Shown: one piece after another, positions 23,687 to 35,438 of the stretch
Layout of the letters: each line of letters begins with the position of its first letter
Numbering within the stretch: the first letter of the stretch is position 1
Assembly: GCA_001600815.1 (NCBI GenBank)
Contig: BCKZ01000018.1
Coordinates: forward strand, 62,001-126,000
Source: Alloascoidea hylecoeti
Taxonomy: Eukaryota
Direction: 5' to 3'
DNA: 64,000 nucleotides
Notes under the pieces: generated by a model
The model's database searches: none
What the model saw: only the letters and a program-made list of their open reading frames with translations
Told to the model about the DNA's origin: nothing
Position numbers and translations under genes: made by a program

Positions 23687-26600
23687 TCATTTTTTATTAT
23701 GTTTTTCCTTTTCAGCATCAATTTTATCAAATTCAACTTTCCATGCTTCATTTGCATCTTTTTCATTAACATCTTTAAAAACTCTATTAAAAACATCTTG
23801 ATACCATTCAGCAGGTACTGCTTCAATTCCTTCACGAATATTTTCTGGTAAATCTAACCAATCTGCTAAATTATCTTTTGGGAAAATTATTGTAGTTGCT
23901 CCTGATCTTTTAGCAGCTACAGTTTTTTCACGTAATCCACCAATTCTTAAAACTTTACCAGTTAATGTTAATTCTCCAGTCATTGCAATCGTTGGATCTA
24001 ATGATTTATTTAATGCTAATGACATAAAAGATGTTGCCATTGTAACACCAGCAGATGGTCCATCTTTTGGTACTGCTCCTTCAGGACAATGTAAATGAAT
24101 TTTTGCCTTTTCAAAGAAACGATTCTTTGGAAATTTTTGTCCTGCAAACATTCGAACAAATGAATAAGCAATTAATGTTGATTCTTTCATAACATCACCA
24201 AGTTGTCCTGTACGATCAAGACCAGCATGAGAATCAATTGATATTGGTTGTTCCAATACTGATTCAACATACATTGGTACACCACCTAATTGTGTCCATG
24301 CAAGACCCATTACAACACCTGGAGGGGTTTCATCATAAATTCTATCCTTTGTGAAAACTGGTGGTCCAACATAATCTGATAAATTTTCACTTGTAATATG
24401 AACTTCAACTGAATCAGGTACAATTAATTTTATTGATTTTTCTTCAGTTTTTTCAGTTTCAAGATTAACATCATTTGTTTCATCATTGTCAATTTCTTTA
24501 ATTTCTTTAACAGGTATTTCATCTTTTTCATCTTTAATACCTTCTTCACCTAAATCTTTTACAATTTTTAATGCTGCTTTTCTATAAACTTTTTCAATAT
24601 GTTTTTTCAAATTTCGAACACCACTTTCTCTACAATAATGTCTTATTAAACTTTCAATTGCACTATTTTCTAAAATGACTTTTGTATCTTTTAAACCAGA
24701 TAAATTTTTTGCATCAGGTGCTAAATAATTTTGAGCAATTGCTAATTTTTCATCAGCAATATAACCAGATAATTCAATAACTTCCATTCTATCTAATAAA
24801 GGTCTTGGAATTGTATCTGTTATATTTGCAGTACAAACAAATAAAACTTTTGATAAATCAATTGGTACATCCATATAATGATCTAAAAATGAATTATTTT
24901 GTTCAGGATCTAATAATTCTAATAATGCTGCTGCTGGATCTCCATGCATACCAGCATGACCAATTTTATCAATTTCATCAATTAAAATTAATGGATTTTC
25001 AGTTTGACATTTTTTTAATGCTTGAATTACTCGACCAGGTAAAGCACCAATATAAGTTCTTCTATGACCTTTAATTTCTGCAACATCAGAAACACCACCA
25101 ACACTAAATCTATAAAATGACCGATTTAATGCTCTTGCAATCGATTTACCAATGGAAGTTTTACCAACACCTGGAGGACCAACAAAACATAAAATTTTAC
25201 CATCAACAGTTCCTAATAATTTACCAACAGCAATAAATTCTAATATACGATCTTTAACATCTTTCATACCATAATGATCATCTTCTAAAACTTTTAAAGC
25301 TTTTGGAATATCATATTGTTCTTTTGATGCAATACCCCAAGGTAATGAAGTTAACCAATCTAAATAATTTCGAATAACACCAAATTCAGACATTGCAGTT
25401 TCAAGAGTTGCTAATTTATTAACTTCATCATCAAATACTTTACGAACAGCTTCAGGCATTGTTAATTTCTCAGCTCTTTCTTTAAAAGTTGCAATTAATT
25501 TATCTCTACCATCATCAATACCTAATTCTCTTTTAATGCCTTTTAATTGTTCCATTAAATAATATTCTCGTTGTCTTTTTTGAATTTTACTTTCAACATC
25601 TTTACTAATTTTATTCTGTAATTCAGCATTCATTAATTCTTTTTTTAAAACAACTAAAGATTTTTCTAATCTTTCTTCAATATTTAAAGCATTTAAAACT
25701 TCTTGTAATTCTAATTCTTCACCAGCTGAAACGGCAGCAGCAAAATCAGCTAATCTTGCAGGTTGATCAAAAATATTTGTTGTTGCACTTTGAATTGATG
25801 CAGAAAATGTTGCAATTTGTTCTCTAAACATTACATTTAATTGACTAATTTCTTTAAAAACTTTTAAGATTTCTGAAGTTAATGCAATTATAACTGGTGA
25901 TTTTCTATCAAATGATTCATCTTCAAGATTTGATACATTAACTAATGAAATATTATGTTTATGTAAAAAAGCAGTTGGATTTGATTCATCTTCATCATTT
26001 TCAGTTACTTTTTCAGCATTATCATTTTCTTTTATCTTTTCATTTTCTTTATCTTGATCATTTTCTTTTAATTCTTTGGTTTCTTCTTCAATAATTTTAT
26101 CAGGTTTTTCAAAACTAACTAAATCACTATCATTTTCAGCATCTAAAAATTGATCAACTAAAGATTTTTCCTTTTTAATTTCAATTTTTTCAGAATCATT
26201 TTTTTCATTTATTTCAACAGGTATTAATTCATCAATCTTAATCCTTCTATGAGGATATAATAGAGCAGTCATTGTTTCAATACCAGTTTTTTCATCTTTT
26301 GATGGGAAAGCACTTGTTATTTGAGCAAATACACCAACAGGATAAACTTCATCAACATTTGTTATAACATCAGTTTCTGCATTTTCATCTTTCAATAAAA
26401 AGGCACCAATATATGGTTGTCTTCTTTCTAACATTTCTCTTATGGCTTTCATAACTGATGGATCACTAATTACAACAGCTTTATAAAAACCGGGGAATAA
26501 AGGTCTTCTTGATATAGGTAATGCCATTACCTGAGGATAAACTTCAGGAAGAACTGTTGTTGTAGAATTAGCTTTACCATGCTTTTTACTTTTTGGATCA

Positions 26601-27193
26601 TCATCACCATTATTACCACTTGGAGGTGGAACAGCAGCTGAAGAACTACTCTTTTTAGAAGTTGATTTTGAAGTTGATTTTTTTGGTAAAGGATCAGGAG
26701 TTTTAATATTTTTATCATTTTTATCTGGTTGTTCAATATCAATATCGATTTCATTTTCATTTTCGTTTTTAATTCCTTTTCCATTTCCATCTTCCGTTTC
26801 AGTTTCAGGATTCTTTTTTTCAATTGTTGAAGGTTTATCATTTGTATCATCTTTTGAAGATTTATTTAAATTCAATTCATTATGAGATCTAGTACTATTT
26901 AAAAAAGAATTCCATGAAGTATGTTCCGAAACATCAAATTTAGAAGGTTTAGTAAATTCTTTTATAAAATTTGGTTTTGAAATTAAGTTATTTATAGAAT
27001 TGATAACTTCTTGTTTTTTATATTGTAATAAACCGGATTTTGTAGTTGATGACAAATGATTTAAAGGAACATGAGAAGCACATCTCCTTTGTGATTTGAG
27101 TAGTAACGATCCAAGAGACTCAAGACTCCTCAACTGTGGTGCCGTAGCATTCGAGAATTTAAGTAGGCCAAAACCTGTTTTGGATCTGATCAT
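23687..27193 (-). CDS. PIM1: Mitochondrial Lon protease
   Basis: Walker A GPPGVGKT, DEIDK, catalytic PKDGPSAG and Lys in GGLREK; first ATG at 27193 begins an Arg/Ser/Leu-rich presequence (MIRSKTG..). Confidence 0.95.
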   Translation of the reverse strand: MIRSKTGFGLLKFSNATAPQLRSLESLGSLLLKSQRRCASHVPLNHLSSTTKSGLLQYKKQEVINSINNLISKPNFIKEFTKPSKFDVSEHTSWNSFLNSTRSHNELNLNKSSKDDTNDKPSTIEKKNPETETEDGNGKGIKNENENEIDIDIEQPDKNDKNIKTPDPLPKKSTSKSTSKKSSSSAAVPPPSGNNGDDDPKSKKHGKANSTTTVLPEVYPQVMALPISRRPLFPGFYKAVVISDPSVMKAIREMLERRQPYIGAFLLKDENAETDVITNVDEVYPVGVFAQITSAFPSKDEKTGIETMTALLYPHRRIKIDELIPVEINEKNDSEKIEIKKEKSLVDQFLDAENDSDLVSFEKPDKIIEEETKELKENDQDKENEKIKENDNAEKVTENDEDESNPTAFLHKHNISLVNVSNLEDESFDRKSPVIIALTSEILKVFKEISQLNVMFREQIATFSASIQSATTNIFDQPARLADFAAAVSAGEELELQEVLNALNIEERLEKSLVVLKKELMNAELQNKISKDVESKIQKRQREYYLMEQLKGIKRELGIDDGRDKLIATFKERAEKLTMPEAVRKVFDDEVNKLATLETAMSEFGVIRNYLDWLTSLPWGIASKEQYDIPKALKVLEDDHYGMKDVKDRILEFIAVGKLLGTVDGKILCFVGPPGVGKTSIGKSIARALNRSFYRFSVGGVSDVAEIKGHRRTYIGALPGRVIQALKKCQTENPLILIDEIDKIGHAGMHGDPAAALLELLDPEQNNSFLDHYMDVPIDLSKVLFVCTANITDTIPRPLLDRMEVIELSGYIADEKLAIAQNYLAPDAKNLSGLKDTKVILENSAIESLIRHYCRESGVRNLKKHIEKVYRKAALKIVKDLGEEGIKDEKDEIPVKEIKEIDNDETNDVNLETEKTEEKSIKLIVPDSVEVHITSENLSDYVGPPVFTKDRIYDETPPGVVMGLAWTQLGGVPMYVESVLEQPISIDSHAGLDRTGQLGDVMKESTLIAYSFVRMFAGQKFPKNRFFEKAKIHLHCPEGAVPKDGPSAGVTMATSFMSLALNKSLDPTIAMTGELTLTGKVLRIGGLREKTVAAKRSGATTIIFPKDNLADWLDLPENIREGIEAVPAEWYQDVFNRVFKDVNEKDANEAWKVEFDKIDAEKEKHNKK

Positions 27194-27365
27194 TAGCTTG
27201 AAGGGTGGCAAAAAAGGAAGAAAAAAGATGGTGAAGCAGCAGAAATTGGCAAAATGCGAAGGTTTAAAAACAAAAGCAGGGTAATGTTTGGACAAATTGG
27301 TATATATTTACATTCTTTACGACTCAAACCTCCAAATATTTCAGATCTGCCAGATATCAACAGAA

Positions 27366-29255
27366 ATGAGTCTGCCCACTTCGTCCACCGGTTACGACCC
27401 TTTCGACTACGTCCCCCTGAGCCCTATGCTGGACCAACCTCCTGCTTCGCTCAAGAGACACTCTAGTTCCGGACACAGACGACGAGGATCACGGGTCCTG
27501 GCTACTGCACCTGTACAAACAACTAATATTGAGAAAGAAGATACACCATTGTTACAAGATACGGCAAAAGCGGCTACTTTTGTTATAGCATCTCAGTTCT
27601 TTTCAAAAATGCTTACGTTTATGTTAAACCAAATATTATTAAGATTTGTTGGCCCTAAAGTGTTTGGTATTAATTCTTTATTTGAATTAATAGTATCTAC
27701 AGTTTTATTATTTTCAAGAGAATCGGAAAGATTGGCTTCTCAACGTGTTCCAATAAGTCATAAACCTGATGAATATCGATACGAAGGAGGTGTCGTTGAA
27801 GGAACTGTTAGTGGAACAGCACAATCTGTTATCAATTTTGGTTATTTACCTGTTTTAATTGGTACTCCATTATCAGTAGTCGTTGTCATGTGGTATTATT
27901 ATAGGACAGGTACAGAACTACGATATTTTACGGATTTTACACTCGCCTTATTTATAATTTGGTTATCAATGGTTTTAGAATTATTAACAGAACCCTTGTT
28001 TGCTCTTTTACAATATGAAATGAAAGTTACAAGTAAAGCAAAATTTGAATCAATTGCCATAACAGCAAGATGCATCGTTACTTTTATAATTACCTTGTTG
28101 TATGTTTGGTGTGAATGGGGCGTATCTGTATTGGCTTATGCAATTGGTCAATTTACTTATTCATTAATATTAGCAATATTATATTTATTATCTGCTTATA
28201 AAATGCCTGAAAAGACACAATTTTCTCTATTACCAAAATTTATATGGAAAGATTCAAATGTTTTAGAAAAATTTATACTTGATCCAAAAATATTTGATCA
28301 TTGGAAAAAAGTTTGGATTCAATTAACTTTTAAACATTTATTAACAGAAGGTGATAGATTTTTAATTGGTTATTTTAGTTCATTGACTGATCAAGGAATT
28401 TATGCTTTAGTTGTTAATTATGGTTCATTAGTTGCAAGATTAATTTTTCAACCAATTGAAGATTCTTTAAGAGTTTTATTTACAAAATTATTAAATGTTT
28501 CTCATTCATCATCATCATTAGATGAAAAAGAAATTGAACAAAAAATTTCAAATTCAAATATGAATACAGTAATTAATGTTTTAACAAAATTATTAAGATC
28601 ATATTTTTATTTATCATTTTATGCTATAACATTTGGTCCAACAGTTGCACCATTTTTATTTAAACAAATTGTTAGTTCAAATTGGGCAAATTCTTCAGCT
28701 CCCAATGTACTTGGTACATATACATTATATATTCCATTTTTAGGACTTAATGGTGCTTTAGAAGCTTTTGTTCAATCAGTTGCAACTGGTAATGATTTAA
28801 TTAATCAAAGTATTGCAATGACATGGTTTTCATTAATTTTTATATCATCAACTTTTATATTTATAAAATGGTTAAAATTAGGTGCAAAAAGTTTTGTTTA
28901 TGCAAATATGATAAATATGACATTTCGAATAATTTGGTCATTTAATTTTATAAAACAATACTTCCAAAAGAATAATTCAAATATTGATTTAATTTTAAAT
29001 AATTCATTACCAAATTGGTCAATTATTTTATCATTTATATTAATATCATTATTTCAATTTTTTTATATTGGTAAAGTTCTAAAATGGTCAGAATTATTAA
29101 TTCCAATAATTTTAATTTTATTAACTTTATTAATTATTTTATATGAAGAAAAAGATTTAATTTTACCTGCTTTTAAAAATATTAGAAATAAAATTAATAA
29201 AAAAGGAATTTTAAATGATAAAGAGAAAAAAATTGAGTTAAATAAAGAAAAATAA
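27366..29255 (+). CDS. RFT1: Man5GlcNAc2-PP-dolichol translocation protein Rft1
   Basis: SKMLTFMLNQ, FSRES.RLA.QR, FKHLLTEGDR, QGIYALVVNYGSLVARLIFQPIE and NGALEAF motifs; first ATG at 27366. Confidence 0.93.
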   Translation: MSLPTSSTGYDPFDYVPLSPMLDQPPASLKRHSSSGHRRRGSRVLATAPVQTTNIEKEDTPLLQDTAKAATFVIASQFFSKMLTFMLNQILLRFVGPKVFGINSLFELIVSTVLLFSRESERLASQRVPISHKPDEYRYEGGVVEGTVSGTAQSVINFGYLPVLIGTPLSVVVVMWYYYRTGTELRYFTDFTLALFIIWLSMVLELLTEPLFALLQYEMKVTSKAKFESIAITARCIVTFIITLLYVWCEWGVSVLAYAIGQFTYSLILAILYLLSAYKMPEKTQFSLLPKFIWKDSNVLEKFILDPKIFDHWKKVWIQLTFKHLLTEGDRFLIGYFSSLTDQGIYALVVNYGSLVARLIFQPIEDSLRVLFTKLLNVSHSSSSLDEKEIEQKISNSNMNTVINVLTKLLRSYFYLSFYAITFGPTVAPFLFKQIVSSNWANSSAPNVLGTYTLYIPFLGLNGALEAFVQSVATGNDLINQSIAMTWFSLIFISSTFIFIKWLKLGAKSFVYANMINMTFRIIWSFNFIKQYFQKNNSNIDLILNNSLPNWSIILSFILISLFQFFYIGKVLKWSELLIPIILILLTLLIILYEEKDLILPAFKNIRNKINKKGILNDKEKKIELNKEK

Positions 29256-30021
29256 TTAATCTTTACACTTACAAAACAAAACATCCATCATTATTTTTTT
29301 TTTATCATTATTATTCATTCATATTTATTCATTCATAAAAAAATCACATACCACACACAACAAAACAAAACACAACGCACTTATTTGAATTAGATTTACA
29401 ATACACTACAATGTCTCGTTATATTTCTAGATCTCTTTGGATACACATGAATCTCAGGACAAAATTAAATTAAAGGAGATAATTTTAAAAATACAAAAAT
29501 ACAAAAACACAAAACAAGAATGCAGGACATAGTTATTCCTTAACTGTTTATAAATTAGATATAAATCAGCATATACATTAAAAAGGGGAAATGTCTTTGC
29601 ATTTGTTAATGACTTATATAAATAATTTTTATATACAAATTGAAATGGCCATATATATTTAGTTGGTGAAATGTTTGCAATCGGGAAATTACTATAGCTA
29701 TCGCTAAAATCAAAATTATATAAACATGTACTTTTTATAGTTATGTAGAAGTTATAATCAATATTAGCTATAGAAATATGTATTGTATGCACCTGAAACC
29801 ACTATAAATGTCTGGATATGAAATATCACCGGTATATAAAATCAAATTAGAATTGAGGGTTCATAATTAATAAGACAAATTGCAAATATAAAAAAAAGAT
29901 AAGATAAGACATAAAATCATAAATTCAAATAAATTGAAAATAATAAAAAAAAAAAAAAAAAAAAAACCTGGCAATGATATAAATTAACATAAATGAATCT
30001 TTCCAATTCATCTTATCAAAA

Positions 30022-31217
30022 TTAATGTACTGGTACCTCCCTAGTTTTATAACTTTTATTAACCCAAAATAAACAACGACAATGAGGACAACTACTTGAT
30101 TTTTCAAACCAACAATTTAAACAATCATAATGTAAAACATGATGACATGGTAATAAAACAGGTGATGATTGACTTTTATATTCATTTTCATCTTCATGAT
30201 TTTCATCAACAATTAAATTGTCACGACAAATAATACAAATTGAATCATTTTTTGTAATATCTTCCTCGGTTGCCAATGGTAAATTTTTTAATCTTGATGA
30301 TAAAACCAATTGTCTTTTATACCTTATAAAGCCTCTTGTTCTTGAAATTAAAATCCTTAATGTTGTATAAGCTTCAGGAAAGATATGAACTGGGAAACAA
30401 TAATTAACCAATAAAAAAATTGAAAACATAGCAAATAATCCTAATTTTAATAAATGGGATATAAATTTTGTTAAAAATAAAGAAATACCTCTTTTTGGCC
30501 ATCTTATTTCATCAGGATGATCATATAAATAATTATATTCTAAATATCCAACAATATAATTTGCAGAAGTTGTTAAAATATCTAAAAACAAAATACATAA
30601 TTCAAATCCATAAATTGATATAAATGCATTATTTTGTCCTGCATTAATTTGTGAAAAACAAGGATATAATAACATTATATCAACTTGTAATAATAATAGA
30701 ATTGCAATTGCAAATCTAATATGAAATAAAGGAGATTGATTTGGATTTAAATAAAACATATATTCAACTCGATCAGTACTTAAAATGTGGAAAAATCGTA
30801 AAAATAAAACCGAGATCCCGATACAAACGAGTCTAGTTGTTACTTCATGTCTGAAAATTAACAAAAGTATAGCAAATTCGGTTATTGAGTACCATGCTCT
30901 TTCTTTTAAGTTCTTCTTTTCTGAATATCTTAAAGGTCCAAAACAAATATATTGAAATACCCGAGATACAAAAAAGCAACATAGTATTAATGATTGAATT
31001 ATACCAAAAGATGAAGTTGGGCGGTATTTAAGGAATAAATTTGAGAGTAATGTAGTTTTATCATGCTGGAACTGTCGATACAGTGTAGCAAAGAATAATG
31101 ATCCTAACTAAAAGAATAAAAAAAATCAAATCAAATGATTAGTACTCATATTGTATTATGGCATATGTAACAATGAATTATACATACTCCATATTTGAAC
31201 ACTTTGATCTGTGCCAT
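30022..31217 (-). CDS. HRD1: ERAD RING-H2 E3 ligase Hrd1; exons 31217-31188 and 31107-30022 (371 aa)
   Basis: FGPLRYSEKKNLKERAWYSITEF..IFR, FFHILSTDRVE, GFEL and RING-H2 CIIC..C.H..H..C..CPHC; intron GTATGT..TACTAAT..TAG. Confidence 0.85.
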
Positions 31218-31485
31218 TTCTCTCGTCTCATGAAAAAATCACAAATTGCCAGATGAACTCAATCAGCAGGCAAAAACTCTTGATTTCTAATTTCTTATTT
31301 ATATCAAATAGAAAAATCAGGAGAAATCAGATAAATAAAAAAGAAAGACAAAACAAAACTTTGCCATTTTGATATAAAAAGATATGAAACATCCAAACAC
31401 CCTCGATGGTTACAAAACGAAAAAAATTTTGATAATAAAACTTTTTTTGGAAGACAAAAAACATCCGAAAAATATCATAATCAAA

Positions 31486-33834
31486 ATGGGTAGATTATCA
31501 TTTAGAAAAGGAAAAGGTGGTTTTGGTGTAAGTTCCAATATTTTCGGATTTAATGCTTATACCACTTCTTTTACTAATATTTATCCACAATTGCAGAAAC
31601 GAGGACAAACTAATCAAAGAAATTGGAAATCTACAGAGACTGAGTATGAAATGAAACATGATGATGATGATGAATGAAACTTTTAAATTTTTTTAAAACT
31701 CTAACATTTTACTTTCTTTTTAATCAGGAATAAAATATGGGAACAATATTATAAAGATCTTAAGATTATTCCAGAAGCTGAATTTCCTGCTTTTAAAAAA
31801 GCTTGCCAATCAGTTTTACCATTGACTTTCAGATTTACTGGTTCAAAATCGTAAGTCATGTACCATATTCATTTATGATATGGTTTATTCTAACAGATAC
31901 ATTTTAGTCATGCTATTGAAGTTAGAGAAAACCTTATCAAAGAATATATTCCTCATTTAACAGGAATCGAATGGGAAGGTGAAGCAATTGATCCTCCACA
32001 AGCTATCCCATTCTATCCAGATAATTTAGCGTGGAAAGCCTCTGTTAGTAAATCTGTAATCAGAAAGAATCCAGAATTTGCAAGATTACAAAGATTTTTA
32101 GTCGTTGAAACAGATGTTGGTAACATTAGTCGTCAAGAAGCAGTTTCAATGATCCCACCTTTACTCTTAGATGTTGAACCACATCATCTCGTTATTGATT
32201 TATGTGCTGCTCCAGGTTCAAAAACTGCTCAACTGATTGAAGCTTTGCATGTAGATGCTTCAAAACCACCAACAGGTGTAGTTATTGCAAATGATTCAGA
32301 TTATAGAAGATCTCATATGTTAATACATCAAACAAAAAGATTAAATTCTCCAAATTTAATTGTTACAAATCATGATGCTCAATTATTCCCAAGAGTACGA
32401 GCCAATGAAGAAGGAACAGAATATATTAAATTTGATCGTGTTTTATGTGATGTTCCATGTTCTGGTGATGGTACAATGAGAAAAAATATTCAAGTTTGGA
32501 GTAAATGGTCACCTGGAGATGCCCTTGGTTTACACCCAACTCAAATAAACATCCTAATGAGGGGAATTAAAATGTTAAAACCAGGTGGAAGATTAGTTTA
32601 TTCTACATGTTCTTTAAATCCTATTGAAAATGAAGCAGTTGTTGCTGAAGCTTTAAGACTTTCAAAAGGTTCTGTAAAATTAATTAATTGTGATGATAGA
32701 TTACCTGGCTTAGAAAGAGTTCCAGGGATTACTCATTGGCCAGTTATGGGTAAAGATAAACAATATAAAGAAATTGGTGCAGAAGGTTTACTTAAATCAA
32801 CTTTCCCACCAACAAAGGAAGAAATTGAAGAATTTAGATTAGAAAATTGTATTAGAGTTTATCCTCATTTACAAGATACTGGTGGTTTTTTCATTAGTGT
32901 TTTTGAAAAAAATGAAATTCCTCCAAAAGTAAACATTAATGAAAAAGTTAATGTTAATGATGTAAAAGTTACAACTGAAAATAATAAACGCGAATTAACT
33001 TCAATTTCAGATTCTGAAGAAACATCATCTAAAAAACCAAAATTAGAAACTTCTAAACCTCAAACTATTAAAAAAATCAAATTACCAAGAGATGCAAATG
33101 AAGAACCATTTAAATTTTTATCATCAGATAATGAAGTTTTAAAAAATATTTGGGATTTTTATGGTATTTCTCAAGAATTAAAAAGAGATAATTTCTTAGT
33201 TAGAAACGCAACAGGTGAACCAATTAGGACAATATATTATTCATCATCAGTTGTTAAAAATATTTTAAAATTTAATGAAGGTAAATTAAAATTTGTTCAT
33301 GCTGCAATAAAAGCTTTCACATCACAAAAAAATGAAGGTAGTTGTAATTGGAGAGTTCAATCTGAATCAGTTTCTTTAATTTATCCATTTGTATCAAATG
33401 AAAGAAAATTAATTGGTTCATTACCATTATTATTACAATTATGTCAAATTACTTTTCCAAAATTTGATGATTTAAAAGGGATTGATAATGATTTTTCAAA
33501 AAATATTGAAAATGTTCCACAAGGTTGTGCATTTTTAAAAATTCCAAGAGATGGTAAATTAGATGATTTAGTTTTACCTTTATGGAAGGGAAAATCTTCT
33601 GTTAATATGATGCTTCCTAAAAAAGATACAGAAGAATTATTACACCGTATTTTTAAAATTGAAAATGTTAAAGAGATAAAACAAAAACAAGCTCCTAGTG
33701 AAATTACCAATGACAATAAAATTGAGGAAAAAGTTGAAGAAAAAAGTGAAGTAAAAACTGAAGCAAAGATTGAAGAAAAGCCTGAATTAAATATTGAAGA
33801 AAAAGCTGAAGTAATTACAACCGAAAGTACTTAA
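31486..33834 (+). CDS. NCL1: tRNA m5C methyltransferase; exons 31486-31527, 31597-31643, 31728-31850, 31908-33834 (712 aa)
   Basis: RQEAVSMIPPLLL, DLCAAPGSKT, DVPCSGDG and YSTCSLNP motifs; three GT-AG introns join in frame. Confidence 0.93.
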
Positions 33835-35438
33835 GATATATGTTTATAATTCTAATAAATCATCTAAATACGTGTAAATAAGTTGATACAAGTCACAAAC
33901 AAAATTACTTTAGAATGTTTATACATTTAGTCTAAAAGGTTTACAATAGTAACATATCACCCATGAAATCTAATACATGCATTATCTAAGTTCGAAGGAC
34001 AATCAATTGTATTTAGAATAATGATTCGGTGAATTTATTAAAAACAACAGCAAAAAATCACATTCACTAGATCGTAGAAAAGACCAGTGGTTTCACCTAT
34101 GAAAAAAAGTCATATATGACATATGTTAATATTATCTAATAAAAGATCAAACGTAACAAACAACTTCCCTTTTTTGTAAATTTTATTGAATTGGTTCAAA
34201 TTCAGATTAAATTAAACATGATAGTTTCCCTATCCGTAGATTACTGTAGTTCAATGAGATGGTAAACTCGACACAAAAACTAAAAAGTTAAAGGGCCTGT
34301 TATCCAATTCTTCAAGGATTCTAGTGACAGTGTTATTTTAAATTAGATGTAGAATTTATATCATTCAATTTATCATCATTATTTGAAAACTTTCAGAAAA
34401 TTCAAGCTGTGATCACTTGTTAAATCCCACTATTGAGCTCGAGTAGTCAGTACATTCATACCTTGTCACTTAGTTACAGACCAATCTTTGCTTACCAATG
34501 TCGAGAATTAAGACGTTTCTGGAATCACAGAATAAATAAATACCAGAAAATAATAGGAATCCTAATTTACTGTAACTACCATAAGAGTTGATGCTACAGC
34601 AAGAAAATTACAGAAGGTAATTTAAATAGTCAACCCCGGGTCAAGATTTACATAACTTACGGGAAGTATCAGGCTACATTACTTATAACCTAGCTACATG
34701 AACAAGTTAATTAGATGTTGTTGTTTTTTAGAAAGTTAGTACATTTTTAATATAGTTAAAGGTTAAAGAATTGAATATGTCAGGTTTTCGGTCTATACAA
34801 GTAAAATCTCCAATTAATAACAAGTTACCATCGCCATTAAGAATTATAAGAGTTCTACTAGTCGTGATGTTTGAGACTTCCAATTTTTGATAATTAAGTG
34901 CAATTGTGTTTACAAAGTCTCACATAAAACCCGGGACCCCATAGAAAACTCTATAATATAAGTACTAATCGGTAAACGTAATAAACGCGAGAAGATTTTC
35001 AAAAGCAGAATTCATTATGCTATATGAATATCATTAATATTAATATAAATGGTATATGAAAAAGGGAAAATGAGGGAAATTTTGAAGAAAGGAATGAGAT
35101 AGTGTCGGAGTCATGATCTTGAGCCTGAATTTTTGACGTAAAGTTTCCTTTTTCAGTAGCCATAGTTAACGTTGTATATATAAGTTATATATATTTGTAG
35201 TAATTGATGTACAAATATGGCTAACACACAAACAACTTGAAAAATTATAACAAAGTGATTACGATTTTTGTTATTATGAATATTTAATTAATAGCTATTA
35301 TATATAAGTTAATCAGGATAATAAACACATTGGAATATCAATTATTGAATTGAATTGAATTGAAGTAAATTGTAAAGCAAGATGCAAAATCACAAGCAAA
35401 ATAAAGATAAATAAAATTATAAACAAAAATTATAAAAA

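Noticed and set aside
27194..27365. Apparent overlap of the PIM1 and RFT1 ORFs
   Set aside because: Artefact of TTG starts; the first ATGs are at 27193 and 27366.
31655..31680. ATGATGA run in NCL1 intron 2 as a snoRNA C box
   Set aside because: Simple (GAT)n repeat in an 84-nt intron with no D box (CTGA).
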